Of a DNA stretch of 64,000 nucleotides, positions 27,933-37,795 are shown in pieces (the stretch's first letter is position 1; each line of letters opens with the position of its first letter). The DNA comes from Cenarchaeum sp. (GTDB lineage Archaea; Thermoproteota; Nitrososphaeria; Nitrososphaerales; Nitrosopumilaceae), in NCBI GenBank assembly GCA_963692915.1, contig OY843584.1, positions 864,001-928,000 of the forward strand, written 5' to 3'. The notes beneath the pieces are model-generated. The model was not told the DNA's origin and did no database searches. It worked only from the letters and a program-made list of their open reading frames with translations. Position numbers and translations under genes: made by a program.

Positions 27933-29239
27933 AGACAGGCCTTCGCGCGGCGATAAAAAAGGTCGTCTCGGCCGGCGGAGTGGATGCCGAGCTCATAAAG
28001 GACCTCTCGCGCGACGTTCAGAGGGCCCTCCTCCAGGCCGACGTTGACGTAAAGATCGTCATCGCCGTGACAAAGCGCATAGAGGAGAGGGCGACGAACG
28101 AAAAGCCCCCGCCGGGACTTCCGCGAAAGGACCACATCATCAAGATACTCTATGACGAGGTCGCCGCGATGCTCGGGCGCGACTCGGAGTTTGAGTTCAA
28201 GGCCGGCACGCAAACGAAGATACTCATGCTCGGCATACAGGGGAGCGGCAAGACGACGACTGCGGCAAAGCTTGCGATGCACCTGACGAAAAACGGCTAC
28301 AAGGTCGCCGCAGTCGGCGCAGACACGCACAGGCCGGGCGCACTAGAGCAGCTACGTGACATGTGCTCCAGGGCACACGTTGACGTGTACGGCGAGGAGG
28401 GAAACACCGATGCGACAGCCATAGTGTCTGCCGGCCTAAAGCACCACGGTGATGCGCCAGACGTCATAATAATTGACACTGCGGGCAGGCACAAGGAGGA
28501 GGGCGCGCTCCTCGAGGAGATGAAGACGATGGCAAAGGCGGCAAGCCCAGACCTGGTCCTCCTCGTCGTGGACGGGACGATGGGCAGGCAGTGCGGCGCG
28601 CAGGCCGCCGCGTTCCACTCGGCAGCAAAGGTCGGTGGCATTGCGATAACAAAGCTAGACAGCACGGCCAAGGGCGGCGGTGCGCTTGCTGCGGCAAGCG
28701 AGACTGGCGCGCGCGTCATGTATATCGGCACGGGTGAGCGCATCGGTGACCTCGAGCGCTTTTCGTCCACAAGGTTTGTCGGCAGGCTGCTCGGCATGGG
28801 TGACGTGCAGGCGGTCCTCGACATGGCAAAGAAACTCGAGGAGAACGCCAGTGGTGACAGCATAAAGAGGATGGCGCGCGGCAAGATGAACATGGATGAC
28901 TTTTACTCGCAGCTTGAGGGAATGGCCAGCGGCGGCTCGCTGCGCGGCATGATAGAGTCGATGCCCGGCTTTGCCGGAAGCGTAAAGGATGGCCAGCTCG
29001 ACAACATGGAGGAAAAGGTCGCGCGCTGGCGCCACATCATACAGAGCATGACGCGCGTCGAAAAGGACGATCCCGACTCGATAAACTCGTCTCGCGCAAA
29101 GAGGATCGCGCGCGGGAGCGGCTCGACTGAGCACGACGTGAAGGACCTCCTGAAGAACTTCAAGAACTCAAAGGGCATGATGAAGGCCTCTGGCGGGCGC
29201 CAGATGCAGGGATTTCTCAGAAAGATGGGCCTCGGCTAG
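27917..29239 (+). CDS. srp54: Signal recognition particle 54-kDa protein
   Basis: GIQGSGKTTT, DTAGR, TKLD, Met-rich M domain with RIARGSG. Confidence 0.97.
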   Translation: MLDSLKTGLRAAIKKVVSAGGVDAELIKDLSRDVQRALLQADVDVKIVIAVTKRIEERATNEKPPPGLPRKDHIIKILYDEVAAMLGRDSEFEFKAGTQTKILMLGIQGSGKTTTAAKLAMHLTKNGYKVAAVGADTHRPGALEQLRDMCSRAHVDVYGEEGNTDATAIVSAGLKHHGDAPDVIIIDTAGRHKEEGALLEEMKTMAKAASPDLVLLVVDGTMGRQCGAQAAAFHSAAKVGGIAITKLDSTAKGGGALAAASETGARVMYIGTGERIGDLERFSSTRFVGRLLGMGDVQAVLDMAKKLEENASGDSIKRMARGKMNMDDFYSQLEGMASGGSLRGMIESMPGFAGSVKDGQLDNMEEKVARWRHIIQSMTRVEKDDPDSINSSRAKRIARGSGSTEHDVKDLLKNFKNSKGMMKASGGRQMQGFLRKMGLG

Positions 29240-29253
29240 TCCATCTCGTAGCG

Positions 29254-30783
29254 CTAGGATAGAATGGCAAGAAGCACAGAGAGCGGCACGAGCGTATAGT
29301 CGTCCCGTATGTCATACTCGCCCCATGTGGCCACAATCCCACGGCTCGCATCAGTCGCATCAAGAAAGCTTGACATGCCGCCGAGCCGGCGGCGATCCAC
29401 GCGCTCAACATACTTTGACTCGATGGGCACAGGAGCCGATCGCGGCTCGCGGTACACAAAGTCGACCTCGCGTGCCGCATCATCACGCCAGTGGAAAACG
29501 CGCTCAGATATCGTGGACTGCATCATGTTGCTTGACTTTGAGAGTGCCTTCCTGGCGAGATGGTCGGCCAGGACGCACTCGGCCATGTGTCCCATGTTCG
29601 ACGTATCAGACACGTACTCTGTAGCCAAGGCGTAATAGTCACGGTCTGTTGACCATGCGTTGAGCGCATGCAAAAAGAATGGGTCACGGACATGGATTTT
29701 TTTAAGCTTTTTGTGGGCAGCCCTGTCATGGCGCTCATCATACGTGTGCGTGAGCATGAGTACATACATGTCGCGCAATACCATCGTATAGCTCTCCACA
29801 GTTGTGCCGTTTGTAAGGTCAAGTTTTCTGGACATGCCGTTCCATGATATGGTGTCTCCGAGTCCCCTGATCATAAATTCAGCATATCTTTTAAGGCGAT
29901 CTTCCCCATAGTTCATTTGACTCCATTCAAACATTATGCTGTGAAGATACTCTTGATAAAAGCGATCATCAATTGATCCGCGCTCTATTGCCTGATTCAT
30001 GATTTGAGGAATTCCACCTGATAGCACATACTGTCGCAGCACATTGTCAAGCTCACCAGACATAAGGTACAGTTGCTGTAGAGTTGGATCTTTGTGACCC
30101 AACACCAGCTTGTCCCATAGCTCAGAGCGCACGTCAGGGCTGCAGATGTGGATGTCGTTTGTGAATTTACGCAGGGTTGGACTTGTCATAGTCACATATT
30201 CCATAAACCCCATAGGGAGGAGTGATTGGTAATTCCCTCCAGGAACGTGGCCTTTTCTTCCAATGAGGCTTTCAGTAGCACGTGTCAGGTCGATGGCGTT
30301 GGAGCCCGTTGCGACTAGCGCACAGTTGTCTAGTACCCCCATGTTAGAAAGCTCCAATATTGCATATTGCCAGTCTTTTATCATTGAGACCTCGTCAATA
30401 AAGATGTACGAGCGAGCGTCTCCACGCTGCAGTGGTGTCAAGGAAAAGTAATCAAGGATGATCCGCACAAGATCCCGTATCGTGAGGCCGCCGCCAAGTG
30501 AGAAATAGCACATACGCATGGGCATGATGCCCCTGTCAAGAAGATCGCGGATCAGGAGCTTTACCAGTGTCGTCTTGCCAACCTGCCTAGAGCCCCTAAC
30601 TGTGTACAGCACGGTCTTGTCCGCATCAAGGCCATCGCGTATGGTCGCAAACAGCGCTGGAACGTACCGAGCCCTCGAGCCGGCCCATTGTGCGATATGG
30701 AGATCAGAGTCGATCGCAGCAGTGTCATCCCACCAGGGGTTGAATGCACGTAGCCACCGTTCATGTTGATCTGGCAAGGCCAT
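29254..30783 (-). CDS. AAA+ ATPase (AAA_14 / DUF4143 type) with C-terminal PD-(D/E)xK-like domain
   Basis: NPWW start, GSRQVGKTT, FIDEV, TGS, YVLSGGIP, EVDFV...PIESK; lower GC than flanks; TATATA ~25 nt upstream. Confidence 0.88.
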   Translation of the reverse strand: MALPDQHERWLRAFNPWWDDTAAIDSDLHIAQWAGSRARYVPALFATIRDGLDADKTVLYTVRGSRQVGKTTLVKLLIRDLLDRGIMPMRMCYFSLGGGLTIRDLVRIILDYFSLTPLQRGDARSYIFIDEVSMIKDWQYAILELSNMGVLDNCALVATGSNAIDLTRATESLIGRKGHVPGGNYQSLLPMGFMEYVTMTSPTLRKFTNDIHICSPDVRSELWDKLVLGHKDPTLQQLYLMSGELDNVLRQYVLSGGIPQIMNQAIERGSIDDRFYQEYLHSIMFEWSQMNYGEDRLKRYAEFMIRGLGDTISWNGMSRKLDLTNGTTVESYTMVLRDMYVLMLTHTYDERHDRAAHKKLKKIHVRDPFFLHALNAWSTDRDYYALATEYVSDTSNMGHMAECVLADHLARKALSKSSNMMQSTISERVFHWRDDAAREVDFVYREPRSAPVPIESKYVERVDRRRLGGMSSFLDATDASRGIVATWGEYDIRDDYTLVPLSVLLAILS

Positions 30784-30902
30784 ATACGCGCAGCTCAAAA
30801 ATTACTTTATATATTAATGTCATGAAAAATATGATTAAATATAAACGAATTGTATGATTAGCAACTCTAATGATTGGTTCATTATAAAGTTCAGATCATA
30901 TG

Positions 30903-30990
30903 AGTTAAGAGTTCTTTATAAACTCGGCCTAAACCCAGTTAAGAGTTCTTTATAAACTCGGCCTAAACCCAGTTAAGAGTTCTTTATAAA
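30903..30990. repeat. 34-bp tandem repeat AGTTAAGAGTTCTTTATAAACTCGGCCTAAACCC x2.6
   Basis: Copies start at 30903, 30937, 30971 (partial); degenerate in-phase copy at 30869-30902. Confidence 0.95.
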
Positions 30991-31443
30991 ATCAAAAAAT
31001 TTAGTCTAAGAACCCTAGTATCATGGATCCCAAACCGGAATCAACCCGCCGACGACGAACTAGTCACGATGACAAGTCCAAGGAGCAGCCCGGCCAGAAT
31101 CAACATGTCCACACCAGCACGAGTTGAAAGGCCGACGAATATGACCGGTGCCGACCGTCTCCTCGCCCAGTGAGGCTAAAACGCTTAAAATGATCAGCGC
31201 CTTCGCGAGAGGGTGATGAGAGGCAAGAGCAGGCTCAAGAGCCACATGGCACATACCGGCGGCTTGCGAACAACAGCGCACAGTGGCATAAACTATGCTC
31301 CGCGTCATATCAGCAGTCAGCATCCCCCCATATCGGCAACACACAGGCTCAAGATCTCTGATTTGAGTGGGTCAAATTGCATAGCGATGCCCACGTACAA
31401 TTATAACATACGTGGCACAGAGTTAACACCGGCCCGTGCCCGT

Positions 31444-31568
31444 CTCCGAGCTCCGAGCTCCGAGCTCCGAGCTCCGAGCTCCGAGCTCCGAGCTCCGAGC
31501 TCCGAGCTCCGAGCTCCGAGCTCCGAGCTCCGAGCTCCGAGCTCCGAGCTCCGAGCTCCGAGCTCCGA
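31444..31568. repeat. Perfect heptamer microsatellite (CTCCGAG) x17 + 6 nt
   Basis: 125 uninterrupted nt ending 116 bp before the R-M ATG. Confidence 0.97.
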
Positions 31569-31684
31569 TAGACGATAGTAAAAAATACGTCAGTTTTTGG
31601 CTTCAAAATTTACAAAATCAACATTTTCCACTACAGCCCAATGTTGGCCACAGTAGACACGTAAACACAACGGAGTTGCCATAG

Positions 31685-34600
31685 ATGAGCAGCAAGTCTG
31701 CTCCTCAAACATTTGATGATATTCTAGAGAAAATACGGCGTGAGTCAAAGAACGAGCCAGAGAAAGGCAAGATGTTTGAAGATCTAATGGTGGAGTTTTT
31801 GAGCACGGATAGTGTGTATTCAAACCGATTTAGCAAGGTGTACAAGTGGTCATCATGGCCTGGAAACAAGGATGAGCCTGACAGGGGGATCGACCTTGTG
31901 GCAGAGGAGAACGGTAAATTGTGTGCGATACAGTGCAAGTGCTATAGTGAAGACGCCGTACTTGATAAAAAAGAAATTTCTGGCTTTCCTGCACTAGCAT
32001 CCGGAAAAAAATTTGATAGTATGATATTGATATACACAGGAGGAAGCATAACGTCCAACGCCAGAAAGCTCCTAGAAATCCACCACTGCCAAGTAATCGG
32101 GACAGAAGAGCTGCAGAGGAGCAGCTTTGACTGGAGCAAGTATCCAAAACGCGTAGTCAAGAGCCCCAAAAAGCTGCGCGACTATCAGGAACAGGCAGTC
32201 AATGACGTTATTGCCGGATTCAGGGACTCAGACAGGGGCAAGCTAGTCATGGCGTGCGGGACAGGCAAGACACTCGTTGCGCTCCACGTGGCCGAGAAGC
32301 TAGTTGGCCGCAACGGGACTGTCCTCTATCTAGTCCCGTCAATCTCGCTCATATACCAGAGCATGCGCGAGTGGTCAGACAATGCCGGAACCGGCCACTA
32401 TTACGTGGCGGTGTGCTCGGACAAGAGCGTCGGCGAAGAGGGATCTATACTCGAGCTAGAGTGCCCCGTGTCCACAAATCCCGACGATCTGATGAGGAAC
32501 GTGATGAACAGGCCAAAGGGGGCGATGACGGTGATATTCTCCACGTACCACTCCATAGAGGTGGCCTCAAGGGCGCTCGGAAAAAAGTTCGACCTCGTCC
32601 TGTGCGACGAGGCGCACCGGACTACGGGTGTTGAGAGCGGGTCGTACTATACGCACGTTCACGCTGACCGCAAAGTTCCGGCAAAGAGGCGACTCTACAT
32701 GACTGCCACGCCAAAGATCTATGGCGAGGCCATAAAGGGCGCAGCGCGCGGGCGAGCCATAGAAAAGAAGGGCGCCGAGGCGGCGAGTAGCGAGCCTGCG
32801 ATCTATTCGATGGACGACGAAAAGACGTATGGGCCGGTGTTCCACAGGCTGGGGTTTGTTGACGCGGTGCACAAGCACAAGGCGCTTGCTGACTTTAAGG
32901 TGATCGTGCCAATGGTGAGCACGAAATATGTCGACATGGAGTTCCAGCAGGCAGTGGCAAAGGATGGCGCGATGCCACTTGATGAGAGAACGCTCCTGGC
33001 CGCCGTGTGGCACGGGATCCAGTACCCGGAAGGTGAGGGAGACCCAAAGCTCCTGCAAAAGGTCATTGCGTTCACAAACAGAATAGACCGCTCCGAGATA
33101 TTTGCCGGTGACTTGGAGGATAGCGATGTCAGGAAAAAGCGCAGCTTTAAGCACGTGGTTGGGGAGATAAAGACAAAGAGGCCAACGACCGGCAACGTGG
33201 AGGTTCGTCACATTGATGGCAAAAAGAACGCGCTAAAGAGGCGCAGAGAGATGAGGTGGCTTGGAGCCAGTGACGTTGATCCGAACACGTGCCGCATACT
33301 CTCCAATGCCAGGTGCCTGTCTGAGGGCGTTGACGTGCCAGCCCTTGACGGTGTCGTGTTTTTGAACCCACGCGAGTCCATAGTCGACATTGTCCAGTCA
33401 GTCGGCAGGGTCATGAGGCGAGCGCCGGGCAAGGATACCGGATATGTCGTGCTTCCAGTGGCCATACCCGCAGGAGTCGACACAAACAATGCCCTTGATA
33501 GCCACCCGTCGTATCGAACCGTCTGGCAGGTTCTCAACGCGCTGCGCTCACATGACGAGTCACTCGCACGCGAGATAAACTCGCTCATACTCGACAGGGG
33601 AGAGGGCGAGAGTTCCGGAGATGTGACTCCCAGGATCAGCTTTTCTATACTGGGTCTCGAAGGTGAGGAAAAGCTCCCCATGCCGAAACTATTTGACAAG
33701 ATAAAGTCCACGCTGATACGGAAGGTCGGCGACGTTGACTATTACAACGAGTACGGCCGCAAGATAGGAACGGCGGCGGCCATAGTCGAGGGACGCATAG
33801 AAACCATGCTAGATGCATCAAAGTCAAGGAGGCGCGAGCTAGACGAGTTTCACGAGAGCCTAAAGTCAGTCATCAACGACTCGGTCACTCGTGATGAGGC
33901 GATCAGGGTGATCGCGCAGCACGTCGTGCTCGCGCGCGTCTTTGACGAGCTGTTCAGCGGAGAGTTCACGTCGCACAACCCAATATCAAAGGTTCTCTCC
34001 AAGATGGCCGCAAGCTTTGAACTAGACGCCGAGCTTGAGGATCTAGAGGAGTTTTATGCCAGTGTAGAGGATGAGGTCAAGCTCATAGATTCTACTGAGG
34101 CTCGCCAGAACTTTATCAAGACGCTGTACGAGAACTTTTTCAAGAGCACGGCCAAAAAGGAGACCGAAAAGCACGGTGTTGTTTTTACACCGATCGAGGT
34201 GGTCGACTTTGTCATACACAGCGTGCAGCACGTGCTCAAGACGCACTTTGGCATGGGGTTTGACGACAGGCGCGTGAAGGTCCTCGAGCCGTTCGCCGGC
34301 ACTGGGACGTTCATCACTCGCCTACTTGACTCAAAGCTGCTAGGCGACAACGCGTACCAAAAGTACCGGAACGACCTGCTCGCAAACGAGATGATACTCT
34401 TGGCATACTATATTGCCACGGTGAACATAGAGACGACATACTCCAGCGGCAACGGCGGCAGGTACGTCCCGTTCGAGGGGATCAGCTACACCGACACGCT
34501 CCGGCAGAATCCGCGCTACCTCAGCGGCAAGGAGCACAGGGGCGAGCAGGCCACGATCGGCGGGATGTTCAAGGTAGCACATGAACGGGTCAGACGGCAG

Positions 34601-36355
34601 AGAGATACAAATGTGAATGTAATAATAGGCAATCCGCCATATTCAGCAGGTCAAGAAAATGCGAATGATGAAAACCCCAATACAAAATATCCCAATCTCG
34701 ACAAGCGGATTAATAACACGTACGCACAAAACACGAATGTCAGTAACAAAAACTCGCTCTACGACTCGTACATCCGAGCCCTGCGGTGGGCCAGCGACCG
34801 CATAGGTGAGTCGGGCATCGTGGCGTTCGTGACCAACGCGAGCTTTGTGCGCTCCGACGCTGCAGCCGGCATACGCGCCTCGATCGCAGGGGAGTTTGAC
34901 GAGGTGTGGTGCCTCGATCTACGAGGTAACCAGAGGACTCAAGGAGAGACCAGCCGCAAGGAGGGAGGCAAGATATTCGGAATGGGCTCCAGAGCCCCGG
35001 TGGCAGTCACCATACTGGTCAGGAGACCGCGGGGAGAAGGCCATAAACAGAGAGAGGCAAAAATCCGGTACAGAGACATAGGCGACTATATGACAAGGGA
35101 GGAGAAGCTTGAAGCGATCAAAAACATGGGATCCGTGCAAAATGTTCATGACTGGAAGATCGTACAGCCAGATAAACATAATGATTGGGTTGATCAGCGC
35201 GATAATACTTTTATGAGATATCTCGTAATGGGTAGCAAAGATGCTAAAAAAGGTAAAAATAATGCCGTGTTTAAAATGTACTCGCCCGGTATAGCAACAA
35301 ATCGTGATGCTTGGGCATACAACAGTTCACAAAAAAAATTAGAACACAATATGAAAACTCACATAGACTATTGCAATGCACAAAACATAGACAAGCCACA
35401 GATCGATCCTAAAAAAGCAAAATGGTCAAGTGGATTGAGTAAATTAAAAAAATTAAAACCTACGTTTAATAAAAATAATATCAGGATATCGTTATATAGA
35501 CCATTTTTTAAACAACATCTCTATTTTGATAGTACGTATAATCAAAGAATTTTTCGTATCCCACTAATGTTTCCATTAAATAATTCTGAAAATCAGGTAA
35601 TTTGTGTCCCTTACAAATTTATTGGAAACTTTTCAACATTTATAACAAATATCACCCCCGATCTACAAATTGTTAGAAATGGTCAATATTTTTCATTGTA
35701 TGTGTACAATATCGCCCATTCCAGAAAAGACAATATTACAGATCATGCGTTGCAAGAATATCGACAACATTATCAAAACAAACAAATTTCCAAAAAAGAC
35801 ATATTTTACTATGTGTACGGCCTTCTCCATCATTACGGGTATCGCAGCAAATTCGCCAACAATCTTGCCAAAGACCTACCAAACATCCCAATGGCCCCCG
35901 ACTTCAAGAAATTCAGCCAGGCAGGCAAAAAGCTCGCAGACCTGCACCTAAACTTTGAGACGTGCAAGAGGTTCAACCTCGGAAGGCCAAAGGAAAAGTT
36001 TGGCAAGCCGGCAAAGGTAGCATTTGGCCGCATCGGCATGAAGGCCGACAAGACAAAGATCAGGATAAACAACGTCATAGTCTTTGAGGACATTCCGCAG
36101 CCAAAGTACACGGTGAACGGCCGCACGCCCCTAGAGTGGGTCGTCGACCGCTATAACCGCACAGTCGACAGGGACAGCCAGATAGTCAACAATCCACTAG
36201 AAGGCATGGGCGAGGATGACATTATAGCAGTCATCGAGCGCGCCGTGCATGTAGGCGCAGAGTCTGACCGCATAATCGCCACGCTTCCAGACGAGTTTGA
36301 GCCAAGGAACTGGAAGCCCAAAAAGATTGGCCTAGACGCGCACATTGGGGCATAG
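31685..36355 (+). CDS. Type ISP (LlaGI/LlaBIII-like) single-polypeptide restriction-modification enzyme
   Basis: Mrr-like nuclease (GIDLVAE, AIQCKCY), SF2 helicase (MACGTGKT, CDEAHRT, MTATP, LSEGVDVP, QSVGRVMR), N6-adenine MTase (EPFAGTGTF, IIGNPPY), C-terminal TRD (LYRPF, YVYGLLH, NGRTPLEWV). Confidence 0.93.
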   Translation: MSSKSAPQTFDDILEKIRRESKNEPEKGKMFEDLMVEFLSTDSVYSNRFSKVYKWSSWPGNKDEPDRGIDLVAEENGKLCAIQCKCYSEDAVLDKKEISGFPALASGKKFDSMILIYTGGSITSNARKLLEIHHCQVIGTEELQRSSFDWSKYPKRVVKSPKKLRDYQEQAVNDVIAGFRDSDRGKLVMACGTGKTLVALHVAEKLVGRNGTVLYLVPSISLIYQSMREWSDNAGTGHYYVAVCSDKSVGEEGSILELECPVSTNPDDLMRNVMNRPKGAMTVIFSTYHSIEVASRALGKKFDLVLCDEAHRTTGVESGSYYTHVHADRKVPAKRRLYMTATPKIYGEAIKGAARGRAIEKKGAEAASSEPAIYSMDDEKTYGPVFHRLGFVDAVHKHKALADFKVIVPMVSTKYVDMEFQQAVAKDGAMPLDERTLLAAVWHGIQYPEGEGDPKLLQKVIAFTNRIDRSEIFAGDLEDSDVRKKRSFKHVVGEIKTKRPTTGNVEVRHIDGKKNALKRRREMRWLGASDVDPNTCRILSNARCLSEGVDVPALDGVVFLNPRESIVDIVQSVGRVMRRAPGKDTGYVVLPVAIPAGVDTNNALDSHPSYRTVWQVLNALRSHDESLAREINSLILDRGEGESSGDVTPRISFSILGLEGEEKLPMPKLFDKIKSTLIRKVGDVDYYNEYGRKIGTAAAIVEGRIETMLDASKSRRRELDEFHESLKSVINDSVTRDEAIRVIAQHVVLARVFDELFSGEFTSHNPISKVLSKMAASFELDAELEDLEEFYASVEDEVKLIDSTEARQNFIKTLYENFFKSTAKKETEKHGVVFTPIEVVDFVIHSVQHVLKTHFGMGFDDRRVKVLEPFAGTGTFITRLLDSKLLGDNAYQKYRNDLLANEMILLAYYIATVNIETTYSSGNGGRYVPFEGISYTDTLRQNPRYLSGKEHRGEQATIGGMFKVAHERVRRQRDTNVNVIIGNPPYSAGQENANDENPNTKYPNLDKRINNTYAQNTNVSNKNSLYDSYIRALRWASDRIGESGIVAFVTNASFVRSDAAAGIRASIAGEFDEVWCLDLRGNQRTQGETSRKEGGKIFGMGSRAPVAVTILVRRPRGEGHKQREAKIRYRDIGDYMTREEKLEAIKNMGSVQNVHDWKIVQPDKHNDWVDQRDNTFMRYLVMGSKDAKKGKNNAVFKMYSPGIATNRDAWAYNSSQKKLEHNMKTHIDYCNAQNIDKPQIDPKKAKWSSGLSKLKKLKPTFNKNNIRISLYRPFFKQHLYFDSTYNQRIFRIPLMFPLNNSENQVICVPYKFIGNFSTFITNITPDLQIVRNGQYFSLYVYNIAHSRKDNITDHALQEYRQHYQNKQISKKDIFYYVYGLLHHYGYRSKFANNLAKDLPNIPMAPDFKKFSQAGKKLADLHLNFETCKRFNLGRPKEKFGKPAKVAFGRIGMKADKTKIRINNVIVFEDIPQPKYTVNGRTPLEWVVDRYNRTVDRDSQIVNNPLEGMGEDDIIAVIERAVHVGAESDRIIATLPDEFEPRNWKPKKIGLDAHIGA

Positions 36356-36931
36356 GCTGCAGGCCGGCCCGGCATCCTGCCCATGTATGTCAGCACCTGC
36401 CCATTTGACCCAAACTTGCCCCCACTGTTTGGCAGGGCGAACAGCACGCATGCAAGCCCAACGGTCGGCCTGACAATTCCTGACAAGGATGATCTCGTCA
36501 CCACAAAATGGGGCTCATAGGCCACAATTTGAAAAATGGCACACGCGCCCAAACTCCAGGATTGGCCGCGTGGCAGAACTCATGCCAGGGTAAACAGATC
36601 GGACAGCCCCCCCTAAGCGGGGCTGCCGGACCCTAAGCAGTAGCATCTGCATACGTCCTGCCTAGGCAGGCTAGGCATTGTGAGATTATTTAACTCGTTA
36701 TGCTGGCCTGGGCGCAAGGCGCGTGCGCATTGGCCATGTCATGACCCCAGGGGGCACGTCCTGATCTGTGCGCCCCGGACTCTGCCATTTCGCGACCTGT
36801 GATCTGCAGACGCCCTCGGCGCGTCGTGTGTGATGCCATCACCGATTCCTGTCCATGTTCAGGCAGGCGCCGCAGCATATGTGTTGGCGGGATCACCCTT
36901 TAAATCCCCGCCACGCCCACTCTGCGCCCGC

Positions 36932-37795
36932 ATGGCATCAGGCATCAGGCGCCTCATATCCCGCAAGTCAGGCCTCGTCGTGCCCGGCGTGTACGACGCG
37001 CTAGGGGCGCGCCTGGCCAGACTCGCCGGCTTTGAGGCAATGTTTCAGACCGGATACGGCACGTCAGCGTCCATGCTCGGAATGCCCGACTATGGATTTG
37101 CCGGCGCCGGCGAGACTGTCTCCAACGCATCTCGCGTGTGCCGCGCAGCTGATGCGCCCGTCATTGTTGATGCGGACACTGGATACGGCAATGCGCTTAG
37201 CGTCTGGCGCCTCGTAAAGAGCCTCGAGGCAGCAGGCGCGGCCGGAATGTTCCTCGAGGACCAGCGCTGGCCAAAGAGGTGCGGCCACATGGCCGGCAAG
37301 GAGGTCACCGAGTATGCCGAGTATGCAGAAAAGCTCGGTGCCGCAATCGACGCGCGCTCCTCAAAGGACTTTGTCATCGTCGCGCGCACTGACGCTCGTG
37401 CCGCACTCGGACTGGACGAGGCCATCGAGCGCGGCCGCGCTAGCCGCAAGCTGGGAGCAGACGCCGTCTTTGTCGAGGCCCCGCGCAACCGCTCAGAGAT
37501 GCGCGCCATCGGGGCCGCCATTCGCGGCCCGCTCGTGGCCAACATGATAGAGGGCGGCCGCACGCCGATACTGCCCTCGCGCGAGCTCCACTCTATGGGA
37601 TTCAACATTGTCCTCTATCCGCTATCGACGCTCTTTGCCAGCGCGCACGCCACACTCGGCGCGCTGCGAGAGCTAAAGAAGACGGGAACGACGCGCAAGT
37701 CATCAAGGTCCATGGTGAACTTTGACTCGTTCAACGAGCTCGTCGACCTCTCGAGGTACCAGCGCATGGAGCGCCGCTACGCCAAGAGGCGCTAG
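36932..37795 (+). CDS. Isocitrate lyase/PEP mutase family enzyme (methylisocitrate lyase-like)
   Basis: VDADTGYGN, LEDQRWPKRCGH, IVARTDA, ANMIEGGRTP. Confidence 0.9.
   Translation: MASGIRRLISRKSGLVVPGVYDALGARLARLAGFEAMFQTGYGTSASMLGMPDYGFAGAGETVSNASRVCRAADAPVIVDADTGYGNALSVWRLVKSLEAAGAAGMFLEDQRWPKRCGHMAGKEVTEYAEYAEKLGAAIDARSSKDFVIVARTDARAALGLDEAIERGRASRKLGADAVFVEAPRNRSEMRAIGAAIRGPLVANMIEGGRTPILPSRELHSMGFNIVLYPLSTLFASAHATLGALRELKKTGTTRKSSRSMVNFDSFNELVDLSRYQRMERRYAKRR

Noticed and set aside
30869-30990. Mini CRISPR array
   Set aside because: Units are identical tandem copies with no unique spacers and no cas genes nearby.
31213-31684. ORFs encoding ELRAPSS/SSELGAR repeats
   Set aside because: Translation by-products of the stop-free heptamer array in several frames.
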